Shown piece by piece: positions 26,769 through 40,501 of a stretch of DNA of 64,000 nucleotides. Within the stretch, counting starts at the first letter, position 1. Each line of letters opens with the position of its first letter. The stretch is from Squalus acanthias (Eukaryota). A model generated the notes under the pieces. It worked only from the letters and a program-made list of their open reading frames with translations, had not been told where the DNA came from and did not search any database. Location: assembly GCA_030390025.1 (NCBI GenBank), contig CM059437.1, positions 18,912,001 to 18,976,000 of the forward strand. The letters run 5' to 3'. The position numbers were made by a program, and so were the translations under genes.

Positions 26769-28651
26769 TTCTAGACCGTAGGCTGATTTCCTTCTCCTTA
26801 CTGCCCCTTTTTATGTCAATTCTAAACTGGGATTAAAATTGATGAAAATGAGAATGTGCAAAGTATCAGTAAATTTAATGACCCTGAAAATGGTGGGGGT
26901 GGGGTAGTGTAAATGCTAAGATACTCCCACCCAGGACCTCTGCCATGGACCTTGCAAAAGTTCATAGGGTCTGCAGAAGCTCCACTAATTAGTATGGGAA
27001 TTAATAAGCTGGTGGAGCATCTCTGGTGCCTGCCATGGTGAAGAATCCCAAGTTTACCGATTCTTGGTAGGGGTGCTGGCCTCCCCCTGTAAGGGGACCA
27101 ACATTCACCACAAAAAACTCCTCAGTGTTCAGGGGTCCAAACAGGACTCAGGCCTCGAACCTCAAGTGGTCCCCACATGCACTGTTTGGTGGTTAAGTGC
27201 ACTTGATCTCACCAGGTAAAGCTCTGCCAACTTTATGCTAGGCCAGGTCTGCCCCCCCCAGCCCCAACCTTCTGACACCAATGGTCTTGGTTGGGACAGG
27301 CGAAGTTTCTACACCCAACAGGACATCCCGGAAACACCGATGCAAACCTGTGATCCAGCATATCCAGATCCCAGCCTAATTTACGGCCCTTATGGCAGGT
27401 ATTTTGGGATCAACTGCAACTCATCTTGTTTTGAGCACAAGATGGAAAATTTAGGTTAAAATGATTTTTAATTTAGAACTATTAATTGAACATGGTTTAA
27501 TTGCGATTGAAAAATGTAAAATATTCTGCAACAAGGTGTACTTCAGTTAATAATCCATTATTGCTTCTCCCCTTCCCCCTCCCATTCCCGCTGCCTTCAT
27601 ATTCTAATTAAAACATTTGAGAATTACAGAAAACAACATTAGCTCTCCTGTTCAAAGAATTACTATTTGCGTCATTCAACCTAACTTTGACATAAAGAAA
27701 ATAATTGTTTTGATGGTTTTAATGACAGTTTCTCTGTTGCTTTTGTTATTTAAAGCCTGGCTGTGATTGTGCAGCAACACCATAATGGTAGTTTTGACAC
27801 ACTGATTTTCAGCTAATGTCACATTAGGTTACTGTCAGATATAAAACAATGGAAACTAAAGACAGGTTTGAGTGGTGCACATTAATCAATTGGTGTAAAT
27901 ATAAGCCATGGTCGATTGCTTCTACTTTAAGCACCATGAAGATTTCAGATGCCTTGAGTTGAGTGCTGAAATCCGTACTGGGGATTATGCCAGTAGTGAG
28001 ATTTAGCAGACAGAGACTCACTACTACCTCACACCAGGCAGGTTCTGTGTACATAGGATTAGAGCCATTTGTCAGGTGCAGTGGGATTTTATTTCCTGAG
28101 TCTACTTACAGTATTTTTCCCAAGAGTGTACCCAGTCTGGAAATGTAAGCCAAACAAAATGTTCCACAGAAGAGGCCACATCGGCAGTTCCGAGGTTGAA
28201 TGGTTTTTAACTCTCACTTCACCATTTTTAAACTGCTTGGCTTGAAATCTGAAATGTTACAATCTGGGCTTTGGCCGGGTGTGTGATTGCAAGACCAGTC
28301 CTATGGCCCAACGTAAGGCACTGACACATTTCACATAAATCACAGCATATTACGTATGAGAAATGAAAAATTACATCACCTCTGTTTCTCTGTGATAGAA
28401 AATGTATGTAGTTTAAAAGAATAATCAGTATTCAAAGAGTTAATCCTTTCCAGCTAACTATTGGGTGAGTACTGCAGTGCTTCAGGCTTAGTGTTCATAC
28501 CTGTGTGTGACAGTGATAGTTCAGCAAGCTAAATATTCTTGTGGGAGTTTCTACGGGCTCCTACTGAAAGTATTCACCTCTTTGCTATGTTGTTCAGCAG
28601 CTGCTTCATCAGAAAAGTACTCTGCCCCACCGCCTTCAAATTCCTTCAGTC

Positions 28652-29740
28652 CTTGGGGGTAATATATTAGCATGGATAGAGGATTGGCTAACTAACAGAA
28701 AACAGATAAATGGGTCATTTTCAGGTTGGCAAATTGTAATTAGTGGGGGTGCCGCAGGGACCCGTGCTGGGGCCTCAACTATTTACAATCTATATTAATG
28801 ACTTGGATGAAGGGACCGAATGTAATGTAGCCAAATTTGCTGATGATACAAAGATAGGTGGGAAAGCAAATTGTGTGGAGGACGCAAAGAATCTCCAAAG
28901 GGATATAGATAGGCTAAGTGAGTGGGCAAAAATCTGGCAGATGGAGTTTAATGTGGGAAAATGTGAGGTTACCCACTTTGGTAGGAAAAATAAAAAAGCA
29001 AATTATTATTTAAATGGAGAGAGATTACAAAATGCTGCAGTACAGAGGGATCGGGGGTCCTTGTAAAGGAATCACAAAAAGTTAGCATGCAGGTACTGCA
29101 AGTAATTAGGAAGGCAAATGGAGTGTTGGCCTTTATTGCAAAGGGAATGGAGTATAAAAGTAGGAAGTCTTGATACAACTGTACAGGGCGTTGGTGAGAC
29201 CACACCTGGAGTACTGCGTACAGTTTGGTCTCCTTATTTAAGGAAGGATATACTTGCATTGGAGGCAGTTCAGAGAAGGTTCACGAGGTTGATTCCGGAG
29301 ATGAAGGTGTTGTCTTATGAAGAAAGGTTGAGTAGATTGGGCCTATACTCATTGGAGTTTAAAAGAATGAGAGGGGATCTTATTGAAACATATAAGATTC
29401 TGAAGGGGCTTTACAGGGTAGATGCAGAAAGGATGTTTCCCCTCGTGGGGGAATCTAGAACTAGGGGGCATAATTTCAGAATAAGGGGGCACCCATTTAA
29501 AACGGAAATGAGGAGGAATTTCTTCTCCCAGAGGGTTGTGAATCTTTGGAATTCTCTTCCCCAGAGAGTTGTGGAGATAGACAGATATTTGAAAGGTAAG
29601 GGAGTCAAGGGTTATGGGGAGTGGGCAGGGAAGTGGAGTTGAGGCCAAGATCAGATCAGCTATGATCTTATTGAATGGCGGAGCAAGCTCGAGGGGCCAA
29701 ATGACCTACTCCTGCTCTTACATCTTATGTTCTTATGTTC
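28652..29740 (+). mobile_element. 5'-truncated CR1 LINE
   Basis: [47 protein letters not shown] tail. Confidence 0.92.
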
Positions 29741-32114
29741 TTTCTCTTTTTGACATGTCATCCAATCTGGTGTGTGTTGCTTGTGTGTGTGAGTAATGAG
29801 ATTTACTTCATAAACAGTGATGATATGATAACACACAAAGTGACATTAAACAGCCATTGTTCTCCTTTGTATATTGCAGATCCAAATCATTGAATGATTC
29901 TGTAAAATAAAATGGTGTCATTTCCTTAGTTTTGATTAGATTATTACATACATGAATCACGTCACGTTATGTCAGGTCCACTGCCTGTCTCCAGACCAGA
30001 GTAACTGCCCTTTGAAAATCCCCTTCATTGATGACATGAGATGTTCAAAAGGACACGTATGCCAGAAGGTATTTGTACTCATACAGTGAGCCATGGACTC
30101 ACCTCTGTCAGAAACATTTAAAAGCACTTGGCTTAGAAATGCAATGATTGTTATGTAGGATTTAATGTACATGTTGATACCCATGACAAAAAGCACATCA
30201 GATTTTCAGCTGCCCACAGTTAAGGGAAGAATGACACTTCCATTTGCACAGTGTGAGGAATGCCATACCACACTAGCTAACAAACTGGTTATCTTTTTTG
30301 TTTCTATTTTTGCCTCTCTCATTCTTTGAAGGCGCTGGGGTAGATTTCGGTCTGGGTCCTTTATTAGGCCCAGACTCGTGCTGCACAACTAGCGCGCGTC
30401 CAAACCAAGAGGCCCGAGGATCGATAGAAATTGGTTCTCGGGTCTTGTCGGTATACTCGGCGTGAGATGCAGGCGCTGGTCACGCCTCCACAGGCAGCTC
30501 GCCCAAGCAAAGACATCAATATTGGGCCTACTGCCTCGCCAGCAGGGACCGTCAGTCAAGTCCCGGGAGGGGGGATTGGAGCGTGCTACCGGCGGGAGGG
30601 GAAAGGGGCCCACTGTGACTGCTATAGAGTTGGGGGAACACTCCTGCTCCTCCCGGCTCCACAGGAAGGGGTTTTTATTTACCCCAAGTATGTTTTATTA
30701 CTTACCTTACGTTGGCGGCCGCAGGGGGACGCTGAAGAATCCTGAGCATGGCTAATCCCCAACAAATTTTGAATAAGGGGTCCTTCGACAGAGACTACAC
30801 TTCAAAAAGTATTTCATTTGCTGTAAACTACTTTGGAACATCCTGAGGGCATGAAAGGTGCTATATTCTTTTTTTTTTCTTCAAATCACAAGGAGAAGAC
30901 AATTTTGTGAAGAAGAAAAGTACCACTGACACGATAAGGCTAACATTGAACTTCCTTTGCCACTGTTGGTATCTAAAATATCAAAAATCAGGCAAAAATC
31001 ATGAATCACCATTCTCATTATCTTAAATTTGCCCACGTCAACAGTAAACCACTACTGCTATGGTGGGCATTTTTGGAAAAGCAGTTTTGCCCGATTGATG
31101 CCATTGGACAATAACCAGACTGTCCACAGGAAAGCGCAGACCCAAGTGTTTACAAATTCTGAATTTTTAAAAATGGGTTTGCAGAGAAAAGAATGGAAGA
31201 GGGTTCTTCTTAAGGAGCCAAAACAGACTGCTTGAACATATCTTTATTATAGTATAACATTTTCTTCAATCCATTACCAAACAGTTAGAGATGCCGGTTT
31301 CAAATCTCCCAGTACTACGAATATACAGGAGAATTCTCTATGGTCAGTCTAAACATTCGGGGGGAAAAATGACCACATGGCTTAGCATAAGTTCATTTGT
31401 GTAACTGTGTCTGAGACACCTACTTCTGTATATATTTTAAACAAGTGTATATTCACATTACAATATAATAATAATAATAAAGTATTATAATCATTTTGGA
31501 AACATACACACACAGATCTGACACTTCCTCTTTCAGTAGGTTTCCCCCATCCCTTCCTGTCAGCTTTTCTTAAGTATTTAGGTTGTACAAAAGTCTAGCA
31601 TGAAACATCTACAGCCATAAGAACTGGACATATAGTTATATTACTAAGCGTTAAATAATTTCCTATACTAAGCTCAAAGCACATGAAGTAACAAAAATGT
31701 CTGCCAAAAGATACAGTGGAAAAAGTACATATTCATGTCTCTGCAAAAACTTCAATTTTGGCACCAGTTTTTTGTGTCTGTCCCAAGCCAAATGAACAGG
31801 ACAGTTTTCTGGCTTTGAAGCATAGTGTTTATTGTATAGATAGTGAAACCACAAAGGACATGCCCACACATTGACTGACAGCAGATAGGTCAGGCCATGG
31901 TAGCCCCTTGATTAGATTCCAAGCTTATGCTCACTTCCATGTGTTGATTATATTCTATATGTCATTAACAAAGTGTGGATTAAATTGCACTGAAACTGGA
32001 TAATAGCAAATTTCAAGTTTGATCTATAAATGCTTCATTTTGTCAAGCCATTCAGTGCATATAAATTAACTTTGAAAAGCGCAAGCCTCAGGTTTAACCC
32101 ACTTCTGAAATAAT

Positions 32115-32858
32115 GGGCCAAAAATTGATCCCGCTGCGCGAGAGTACGCACTGCGTACTCTCGCGTATTCTCTCTCCAATTGCCGGTTTTCTGCATGCCC
32201 TGCGCATGCGCTGAAAACCGGCACTTGGTCTTTGGAAAAGGGGGCAGTTCCTCGGTGCATCGCGTGCGCGCTACAGGCTGCGCGCATGCTGTGCACTTAG
32301 TGCTTTGGACGCGCAGGTAAGGACGGAAGATTTTAGAAATGGAAAAAGGAGGAGTAAGACCCACTTTTAACAAGGTAAGTAGTGAATTAAGTATTTTTTT
32401 GAATTTTTTTTAACAGGTATATCTTTTTTAGAGACTTTAAAGACAGGTAAGTTTATTTTTATAACTTTTTAAAAGATTTTAAATTTTTTCAAAAATTTAA
32501 TTTTTTATTTAAAATGGTTAATTTATTTAACTATACTTATTTTATAAATGTGATGGTTTTTTATAAAAATTTAATTGAGGTTTAGCTGTTATTTTGGGGG
32601 GGTGTAAGATTCATAGCTTTCACAGCACGTATGTGAAACTTATGAATGGAAGATGGTGTGCTGCCATTGGCTCTAACTGAGTCACGTGATCCCACAGCTC
32701 GCACGAATTCACTACGCCGGTGGGATACGCAAGCACTGCCCAGCTGATGTCTGGAACATCAAGTTCGTGCGAGCTGGATCTGAAAAAGCCAACGCGGAGT
32801 GAGAGATCGCGCCTGCTCCTTACCCCCGCGGGAACAGAGCGAGATCAATTTCTGGGCC
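32115..32858. mobile_element. Harbinger-type MITE (family B)
   Basis: TIRs GGGCCAAAAATT / AATTTCTGGGCC; TSD AAT (32112-32114, 32859-32861); colinear with 4896-5661. Confidence 0.8.
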
Positions 32859-33579
32859 AATGTGTGGCCCACTTTACTAATTGTTAAGTGTTTGAAGCAG
32901 CAATGATTTGATTTCCATTGCTGCAGAAATGTTTCATCTCTGTTGATTTGTGTCTTTCCAATTATCAATGATATAACTGAGCCTCCCATGTTGACCAGAA
33001 TCTTCCACTTTCTACCCTTTTCAGAGCACTGCACCATGGCTTCGGCAGAACCATATAGAGATAACAGGAATGATTTTCAATTGCTAGCCTCCAATTTCTC
33101 ACCTGAAAAACAATTGATTGGGAGTTGGATTGGCAGGGTGGGGGGGGGGGGGGAAAGGAGGTGAGGGCACCTCAACTGCCCCATTAACGCTCATTTTCAG
33201 GCTGGCTTGTAAATGGGCGAGCAGCACGCCCTCCTGTTTCTAGTGGAAGTTTATAATCCCCCCACATTTCCTTTGCTACGTTGAAGGCCAACATCTTAAG
33301 ATTGTAAAGCATCACAGTTTGAGCAAGGTGTTTCTTTATTCAAATTAAAAGATGAAGTTGAGTTATTAAAACTTTTTCTTCCTAATGTGATTTGTCCATT
33401 ATGAAGGTACTTTGGGTTTCACAATGAGTTAATTTGAGCTCATCTTGTATGATAACACTACTAAACACCATGCTTAATCTCTGGTCTATGGCTGTGGGAA
33501 TGTCGGGAAATCAGGCAGATAGAGCATAGGTCAGGGTGCTGGTACATACACAATGGCCCTTACCTGAGATCACCCCAAA

Positions 33580-33967
33580 AACATAGTAAAACTTTTTTTT
33601 TAAATTACATTTTTAAAATGATTTCAAATTACAATAAATTAAGTATTTTAAACAAAAATTTAATGTTTTGAAAAAATACGGGGCTAAAAATAAACTTACT
33701 TTTTTTAAAGTATTTTTAAATGATAAATCAGTGAAAAAAAATTTTTTAACTTTTTTTTCAACTCTTATCCTGCTAAATGCAGGCCTCACGTAAGAATTGT
33801 AAGGGTTTTCTGCGGACGGAGGGTCTCCAAAAAGCGGAACTATCCGCCCGCAGAGGCCCTTGTCCAGGGCAGCCGGAGGATCTGTCAAGACCATTCTTGA
33901 CAGATCGGAAATGCCGGTTTTCAGTGCATGCGCCGTACCCACCCGAAGGGACCGGAATATCTGGGCC
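33580..33967 (-). mobile_element. Partial MITE related to family B, inverted
   Basis: Ends ATATCTGGGCC; GCCGGTTTTCAGTGCATGCGC is the reverse complement of the family-B motif; AT-rich core. Confidence 0.5.
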
Positions 33968-34079
33968 AATACCTTCCTGAAACTAACTTCTGCAGCAACA
34001 AATGAAACATCTGCACAGCAGGCATTACGAGGGAAAAAATATTTTCACAGCTGCCTTTGTATGTTTCTAGCCACATGTC

Positions 34080-34325
34080 GAATCATAGAATCATACAGCA
34101 CAGGAGGAGGCCATTCGGACCATTGTGACTGTACCGCCACTTTGAAAGAGCGATCCAATTAGTCCCACTCCCCCACTCTTTCTCCATAGCCCTGCAATTT
34201 TTTCCCCTTCAAGTATATATCCAATTCCCTTTTGAAAGTTGCCATTGAATCCTCTTCCAGCACCCGTTCAGGCAGTGCATTCCAGACCATAACAACTCGC
34301 TGCGTAAAATAATTTCTTCTCATCT
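34080..34325 (-). mobile_element. CR1 3'-end fragment (a sister copy lies at about 35048-35298)
   Basis: (AGAATCAT)n tail followed by ACAGCACAGGAGGAGGCCATTCGG..GGCAGTGCATTCCAG. Confidence 0.7.
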
Positions 34326-34419
34326 TACCTCTCAAAAATGTTGAAAGAGGGACAGAAGCTTTTTTTTATAATTAAGAAACAACTCTCATGATATAGGATG
34401 CCAGCACAAGTGAAAGAAG

Positions 34420-34856
34420 CAGAAAGACTTGCATTTATATAGCGCCTTTCACGACCACCAGAAGTCCCAAAGCGCTTTACAACCAATGAAGTACTTTTTG
34501 AAGTGTCGTCACTGTTGTAATGTAGGAAACGCGGCAGCCAATTTGCACACAGCAAGCTCCCACAAACAGCAATGTGATAATGATCAGATAATCTGTTTCA
34601 GTGGTGTTGATTGAGGGATAAATATTGGCTAGGATACTACTTCGAAATAGCGCTATGGGATCTTTTACATCCACCTGAGAGAGCAGACAGGGCCTCAGTT
34701 TAACATCTCAGCTGAAAGACAGCACCTCCAACACTCCCTCAGTACTGTACTGAAGGGTCAGCCTAGATTTTTGTGCTCAAGTCTCTGGAGTGGGACTTGA
34801 ACCCACAACCTTCTGACTCAGAAGAAAGAGTGCTACCCACTGAGCCACAGCTGACA
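34420..34856 (-). mobile_element. SacSINE1-like DeuSINE
   Basis: Reverse complement of 22407-22831 along its whole length. Confidence 0.75.
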
Positions 34857-35706
34857 CTTCAAGCAGCAGAGAAAGTGAGGTAAAGAGGGATTAGGTGATA
34901 CCGTGTTTGGGTTTTAAAACCTTGTAAATTATAGAAGGATGAGCCACGTGAATCATTCCCAGTTTAAAACATCTTAGCTACCCAGATAGGCTTAAGTAGC
35001 TGGATCTATATGCTTTAGAGAAGCGTAGACTCAGGGGCTATCTGATTTAGAATCATAGAATAGTACAGCACAGAAGGCCCATTGAGTCTGCGCCTGCTCT
35101 TTCGAAGAGCAATCCAGTTAGTCCCACTCCCCCGCTCTTTCCCCATATCCCTGCAATTTTTTCTCCTTCAAGTATTTATCCAATTCCCTTTTGAAGGCTG
35201 CTATTGAATCTGTAATCAGCACCCTATCAGGCAGTGCATTCCAAATCCTAACCACTCGTTGTGTAAAAAAGTTTTTCCTCATGTTGCCTCTAGTTCTTTA
35301 GGTCGATAAAATAATGAAGGGACTAGATTGTGGGAACAGTGGTAAATTATTTCAATTTGATAGGTTGGGAGGACCAGGTGATCATGTGTATATATTATGC
35401 AATTTGCAACTTAACTGGAATGAAAGCCGGTACAGGAAATGAAAACATCACATTAGTACAATAGAGGGTGCTCTTTTGATCAGATTAAGTCATGTTGTTG
35501 GGAAAGATTTGGAACAGCCTTACTCTGCATCTGGGCCATTTTCTATTTGATCTGGAAGTGCAAAGGATTAACACTTGACACCAAAAGTGGGGAAGTACTC
35601 CATTTACCAGCACTATTAACTCTCATAAAAAATAGAAAATACACAACAGATCCGTCAACATCTGAAAGAGTGAAGAGACACATTAGCATTTTGGGTGTAG
35701 TCCCTT

Positions 35707-36440
35707 CAACAACAACAGCTTGTATTTATATAGCGCCTTTAACATAGTAAAATGTCCCAAGATGCTTCACTGCTGTATTATAAGACAAAAAATTTGACAC
35801 CGAGCCACATAAGGATAAATTAGGGCAGGTGACCAAAATCTTGGTCAAAGAGGTAGGTTTTAAGGAGCGTCTTAAAGGAGGAAAGAGAGGTAGAGAGGCG
35901 GAGAGGTTTAGGGAGGGAATTCCAGAGCTTAGGTCCTAGGCAACAGAAGGCACGGCCACCAATGGTTGAGTGATTATAATCAGGGATGCTCAAGAGGGCA
36001 GAATTAGAGGAGCGTAGATATCTCGGTGGGTTGTGGGGCTGAAGGAGATTACAGAGGTAGGGAGGGGGCGAGGCCATGGAGGGATTTGAAAACAAGGATG
36101 AGAATTTTGAAATCGAGGCGCTGCTTAACCGGGAGCCAATGTAGGTCAGCGAGCACAGGGGTGATGGGTGAACGGGACTTGGTGCGAGTTAGGACACGGG
36201 CAGCTGAGTTTTGGATGACCTCAAATTTACATAGGGTAGAATGTGTGAGTGCGTTGGAATAGTCAAGTCTAGAGGTAACAAAGGCATGGATGAGGGTTTC
36301 AGCAGCAGATGATGTTACGGAGGTGGAAATAGACGGTCTTTGTTGTGCTGCGGATATGTTGTCGGAAGCTCATTTCAGAGTCAAATATGACACCAAGGTT
36401 GCGAACAGTGTGGTTCAGCCTCAGACAGATGTTAGGGAGA
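35707..36440 (-). mobile_element. L2 LINE 3' fragment
   Basis: ORF 35820-36095 YLCNLL..YLRSSNS..GGRAF..LWNSLP..KTYLF; near-identical to 24022-24380. Confidence 0.85.
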
Positions 36441-36672
36441 GCGAATTCAGAAGAAACTTCTTTACCCAGAGAGTGGTGAGAATGTGGAACTCGCTACCAC
36501 AGGGAGTGGTTGAAGCGAATAGTATAGATACATTTAAGGGGAGGCTAGACAAGCATATGAGGGAAAAGGGGATAGAGGGTGATGCCAATAGATGAGGAAA
36601 GATGAGAGGAGGCTCATGTGGAGCATAAACGCCGGCATGGACTGATTGGGCCGAATGGCCTGTTTCTGCCCC
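36441..36672 (+). mobile_element. CR1 3' end (same subfamily as 3371-4790)
   Basis: EFRRNFFTQRVVRMWNSLPQGVV; matches 4553-4785. Confidence 0.85.
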
Positions 36673-36676
36673 GCAT

Positions 36677-37092
36677 AGTGGCATAGTGGTTAGCACTGGT
36701 GCCTCACAGCGCCAGGGACCCGGGTTCGAATCTGACCTCGGGTGACTGTCTGTGTGGAGTTTGCACATTCTCCCCGTGTCTGCGTGGGTTTCCTCCGGGT
36801 GCTCCGGTTTCCTCCCACAGTCCAAAAATGTGCGGGTTAGGTTGATTTGGCTATGATAAATTGACCCTTAGTGTTAGGGGGGTATTAAATATGTGGGGTT
36901 ATGGGGATAGGATGGGATATGTTAGGGGGAATTAAATACGTGGGGTTACGGGGGTAGGGTGGGATATGTGTACTGTGGGGATTAAAGCAGGGACAGGGTA
37001 CTGGATTTGGATGATCAGCCATGATCGTATTGAATGGTGGAGCAGGCTCGACTGGCCTACTCCTGCTCCTAGATTCTATGTTTCTAAATCCT
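36677..37092 (+). mobile_element. HE1-like V-SINE
   Basis: Near-identical to 16698-17172, with one fewer internal repeat unit. Confidence 0.85.
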
Positions 37093-37172
37093 ATGTATTT
37101 TTAAAGTCACTTTATCACATTATCATCTCTTGTTTTTAATATATGAAAATGATCTTGTGAAGTTTCCTAATA

Positions 37173-37626
37173 CAGTAAACTCTCGTTTAAATGGCACCTA
37201 ATTATCCGGAATTCTCTAATAACCAGCAAAATTCAGGAGTAGGTTCAGGAACCCAAAGGTAAGTTTGACTGGCTATTTGTGGCTGTGTAACCGGGGTTCT
37301 CGTACCTTTTGCCGTGTAACCATGGCTCCTGCACCTCTGGTTGTGTAACCAGGTCCCCTGTACCTGTGGCCGTGTAACCGGGGCTCCTTCACCTCTGGTT
37401 GTGTAACCGGGGCTCCTGCACCTGTGGCCGTGTAACCGGGGCTCCAGCGCCTGTGGCCGTGTAACAGGGGCTCCAGCACTTGTGGCCGTGTAACAGGGGC
37501 TCCTGGACCTGTGGCCGTGTAACGGGGCTCTCGTACCTTGGTAAGTACACCTCTCCGTTATCCAGAATTTTGAATCAACCGGCACCATCCTGGTCCCGTA
37601 GGTGCCGGATACGAAAGAGTTTACTG
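37173..37626. mobile_element. Tc1/mariner (pogo/Tigger-like) MITE with an internal 29-bp minisatellite
   Basis: TIRs CAGTAAACTCT..GGCACCTA / TAGGTGCC..AGAGTTTACTG; TA TSD (37171-37172, 37627-37628); GTGTAAC recurs every 29 bp from 37285 to 37517 (9 units). Confidence 0.8.
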
Positions 37627-38068
37627 TACTTTTTTACAAGCAAGACCTACCCCATCTGTCTCACGTGGCTAAGGTTAATTCATTAACCTGTGAACATTAA
37701 AGGGTGAATCACAACTCCCAGCAGAGTAGCAGTTTACAAGAGTGGATGCACTCAGCTCACACCCACACAGTCTGCATCCCACCACCAACACCCAGAGAGA
37801 CAGATCCAGATTGTCCAAACGAGTCAGACAGGAAGGATCACTTAACAGCAAGTTAGGAGAGGAAGATACTATTACAAGACTTTCTTTGCTACAAAAGAAA
37901 ATTATAATCCCTGACCAAAGATTAACCATGGAGGCAGCAGTATAACTCAAGTCTGTTAGCCTCACATCATTCTAACAGGTACTGTTCTCAAACTGGCACC
38001 TGTACTACAGCAATACTCTTTTGTCATATAATGTTTAAAAGCAGTATAACATCTATAATAAATTAAGC

Positions 38069-38782
38069 GGGGGAAAAATTGAGTTGCGCCCCCTTTGGGA
38101 CGCGACTTTTAGTGCCCCGAAAAAATTAGCGCCCCCCACGGCCGAAATTCACCGGTAGCGCCCAAGAGGGAAGCGGAGTGCTACTGGAAGCGCCCTGCCT
38201 CCCTCTTGGGGCGCTGTGAGTGAATATCGCGGTGCTACGTGCCGCAGCGCCACGCTCTGCGGCATGTCGCACCGCGGTACTGCAGGCCTTCCTCCCCTTA
38301 TTAAAGGGGAGGGACCTTGCACAGCGCGACCCAGGGCCCAGCTGGGCCACCAGGGATCGGAGTGCCGGCAAAAGAGCCCGGCACTCAAGAGAAGTGCCGG
38401 GCTCACGGAACGCAGCCGGCACTTCGCGGGGGGGGCTGCAGCGGAGGCCAGGGACGGCAGGCAGCCAGCAACAAAAATGGCCGCCCGGCACCTCTCCTTT
38501 AATTTGCACCACCCCGGCCGCAGGTAGGCCCCCCTGACCCCGTCGGACATAACGTCCAGCGGTAAGTCAGGGGGCACTACCGAAGATCGCGGCCGGGGCA
38601 CAAGCGGGGTGCTGCGCACGGCGATGATGCCATTGCCAGCGGTGCAGCGCCGCGGGGCGCTAACAGTTACCGCCGCCGCTAACCTCCCGCTGAATTTCGC
38701 GGGAGGCGTTGGTGGCACCGCGCCCAGGCCCTAGTTGCTTTGCGCCCCATTAGGGCCCTCTTAGCAACCGAATTTTTAGGCC
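38069..38782. mobile_element. GC-rich Harbinger-type MITE related to the autonomous family
   Basis: Ends GGGGGAAAAATT / AATTTTTAGGCC; subterminal TTAGCGCC / GGCGCTAA motifs as in 41405-45608; TSD not matched. Confidence 0.65.
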
Positions 38783-39203
38783 TTAACATCTATGCGCGTT
38801 TCTTGCATCAACTCTTCTCATTATAAATTCCTACATCTACACTTTTAATGAAAACTGCCTAGGTAAACTTGTCAGGCTGTAATTATATCCTCCTGTTGGT
38901 AGTAGCACTGTTGTAGCTCACCGATCGGCCACTCAATACTTAAAATTTACCTCATAACTTTAAAATGGGGACTAAATTTTGTCTGGTCCAATTATCACCT
39001 GCATTCTAACCCCACTTCGCAGCATATTGACTAGCATATATGAATATTTGTTCTCCTTTGTGTAATATTAGATTTCTTTTTAAAATACTGCTCAACAATT
39101 TAATATCCATGCTCAGTACCTATTCTTTTCAATGTTACTCTGTTATTGTACAGGTAAATATAGAGGTGTATTTTCCAGCTGGCACTGTTCAAGATGCTAA
39201 GCA

Positions 39204-40400
39204 GTGGACGTGGTGTATTTGGACTTTCAGAAGGCTTTCGATAAGGTCCCGCATAAGAGATTAGCGTGCAAAGTTAAAGCACATGGGATTGGGGGTGAGG
39301 TACTGATTTGGATAGAGAACTGGTTGGCAGACAGGAAGCAAAGAGTTGAAATAAACAGGTCTTTTGCCGAGTGGCAGGCAGTGACTAGTGGGGTACCACA
39401 GGGATCGGTGCTAGGACCCCAGCTATTCACAATATATATTCATGATCTAGACGAGGGAACTAGATGTAATATCTCTAAGTTTGCAGACGACACAAAGCTG
39501 GGTGGGCGTGTGTGCTGTGAGGAGGATGCAGAGAAACTCCAGTATGATTTGGACAGGTTGGGTGATTGGGCAGATGCAGTATAATGTGGATAAATGTGAG
39601 GTTATCCACTTTGGTGGCAAAAACAGGAAGACAGATTATTATCTGAATGGCAATAGATTGGGAAAAGGGGAAGTGCAATGAGATCTGGGTGTCCTTGTGC
39701 ACCAGTCGCTGAAGGTAAGCATGCAGGTGCAGCAGGTGGTTAAGAAGGCAAATGGTATGTTGGCCTTCATAGCGAGAGGATTCGAGTACAGGAGCAAGGA
39801 TATCTTGCTGCAGTTGTACAAGGCCTTGGTGAGACCACACCTTGAGTATTGTGTGCAGTTTTGGTCGCCTTATCTGAGGAAGGATGTTCTTGCCATGGAG
39901 GGAGTGCAGCGAAGATTCACCAGACTGATACCTGGGATGGCAGGAATGATGTATGAAGAGAGATTGGGTTGATTCGGCTTATATTCGCTAGAGTTTCGAA
40001 GAATGAGAGGGATCTCATTGAAACTTATAAAATTCTAACAGGACTAGACAGACTAGATGCAGGAAGGATGTTCCTGATGGCGGGGGAGTCCAGAACCAGA
40101 GGTCACAGTCTAAGGATAAGGGGTAAGCCATTTAGGACTGAGATGAGGAGGAATTTCTTCACCCAGAGGGTGGTGAACCTGTGGAATTCTCTACCACAGA
40201 AGGCAGTTGAGGCCAATTCATTAAATATATTCAAGAAGGAGATAGATATATTTCTTAAGGCTAAAGGGATCAAGGGATATGGGGAGAAAGCAGGGACAGG
40301 GTACTGAATTTGGATGATCAGCCATGATCTCATTAAATGGTGGAGCAGGCTCGAGGGGCCAAATGGCCTACTCCTGCTCCTATCTTCTATGCTTCTATGC
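39204..40400 (+). mobile_element. 5'-truncated CR1 LINE, frameshifted
   Basis: [43 protein letters not shown]; near-identical to 61834-63035. Confidence 0.92.
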
Positions 40401-40501
40401 TAAGCACATAACGCAATTGTTACCCCAGATAATGCAAGCAGTAACCCATTTAAAATAAACAAAAGGGATTTAGTATAAGTGTGCTAAACTATTGTGCAGG
40501 A

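Noticed and set aside
27993..28031. let-7-like sequence (minus strand TGAGGTAGTAGT) in a small hairpin
   Set aside because: Only 12 nt match, the rest diverges, and the 9-bp stem is too short for a pre-miRNA.
37688..37888. Possible minus-strand exon (TTTTGTAG| ... CAG|GTTAAT) with one open frame
   Set aside because: The peptide is unrecognised, the donor is weak, and no partner exons could be linked.
38069..38782. CpG-island promoter and its overlapping ORFs
   Set aside because: The GC-rich block is bounded by Harbinger-type termini; the ORFs reflect the high GC content.
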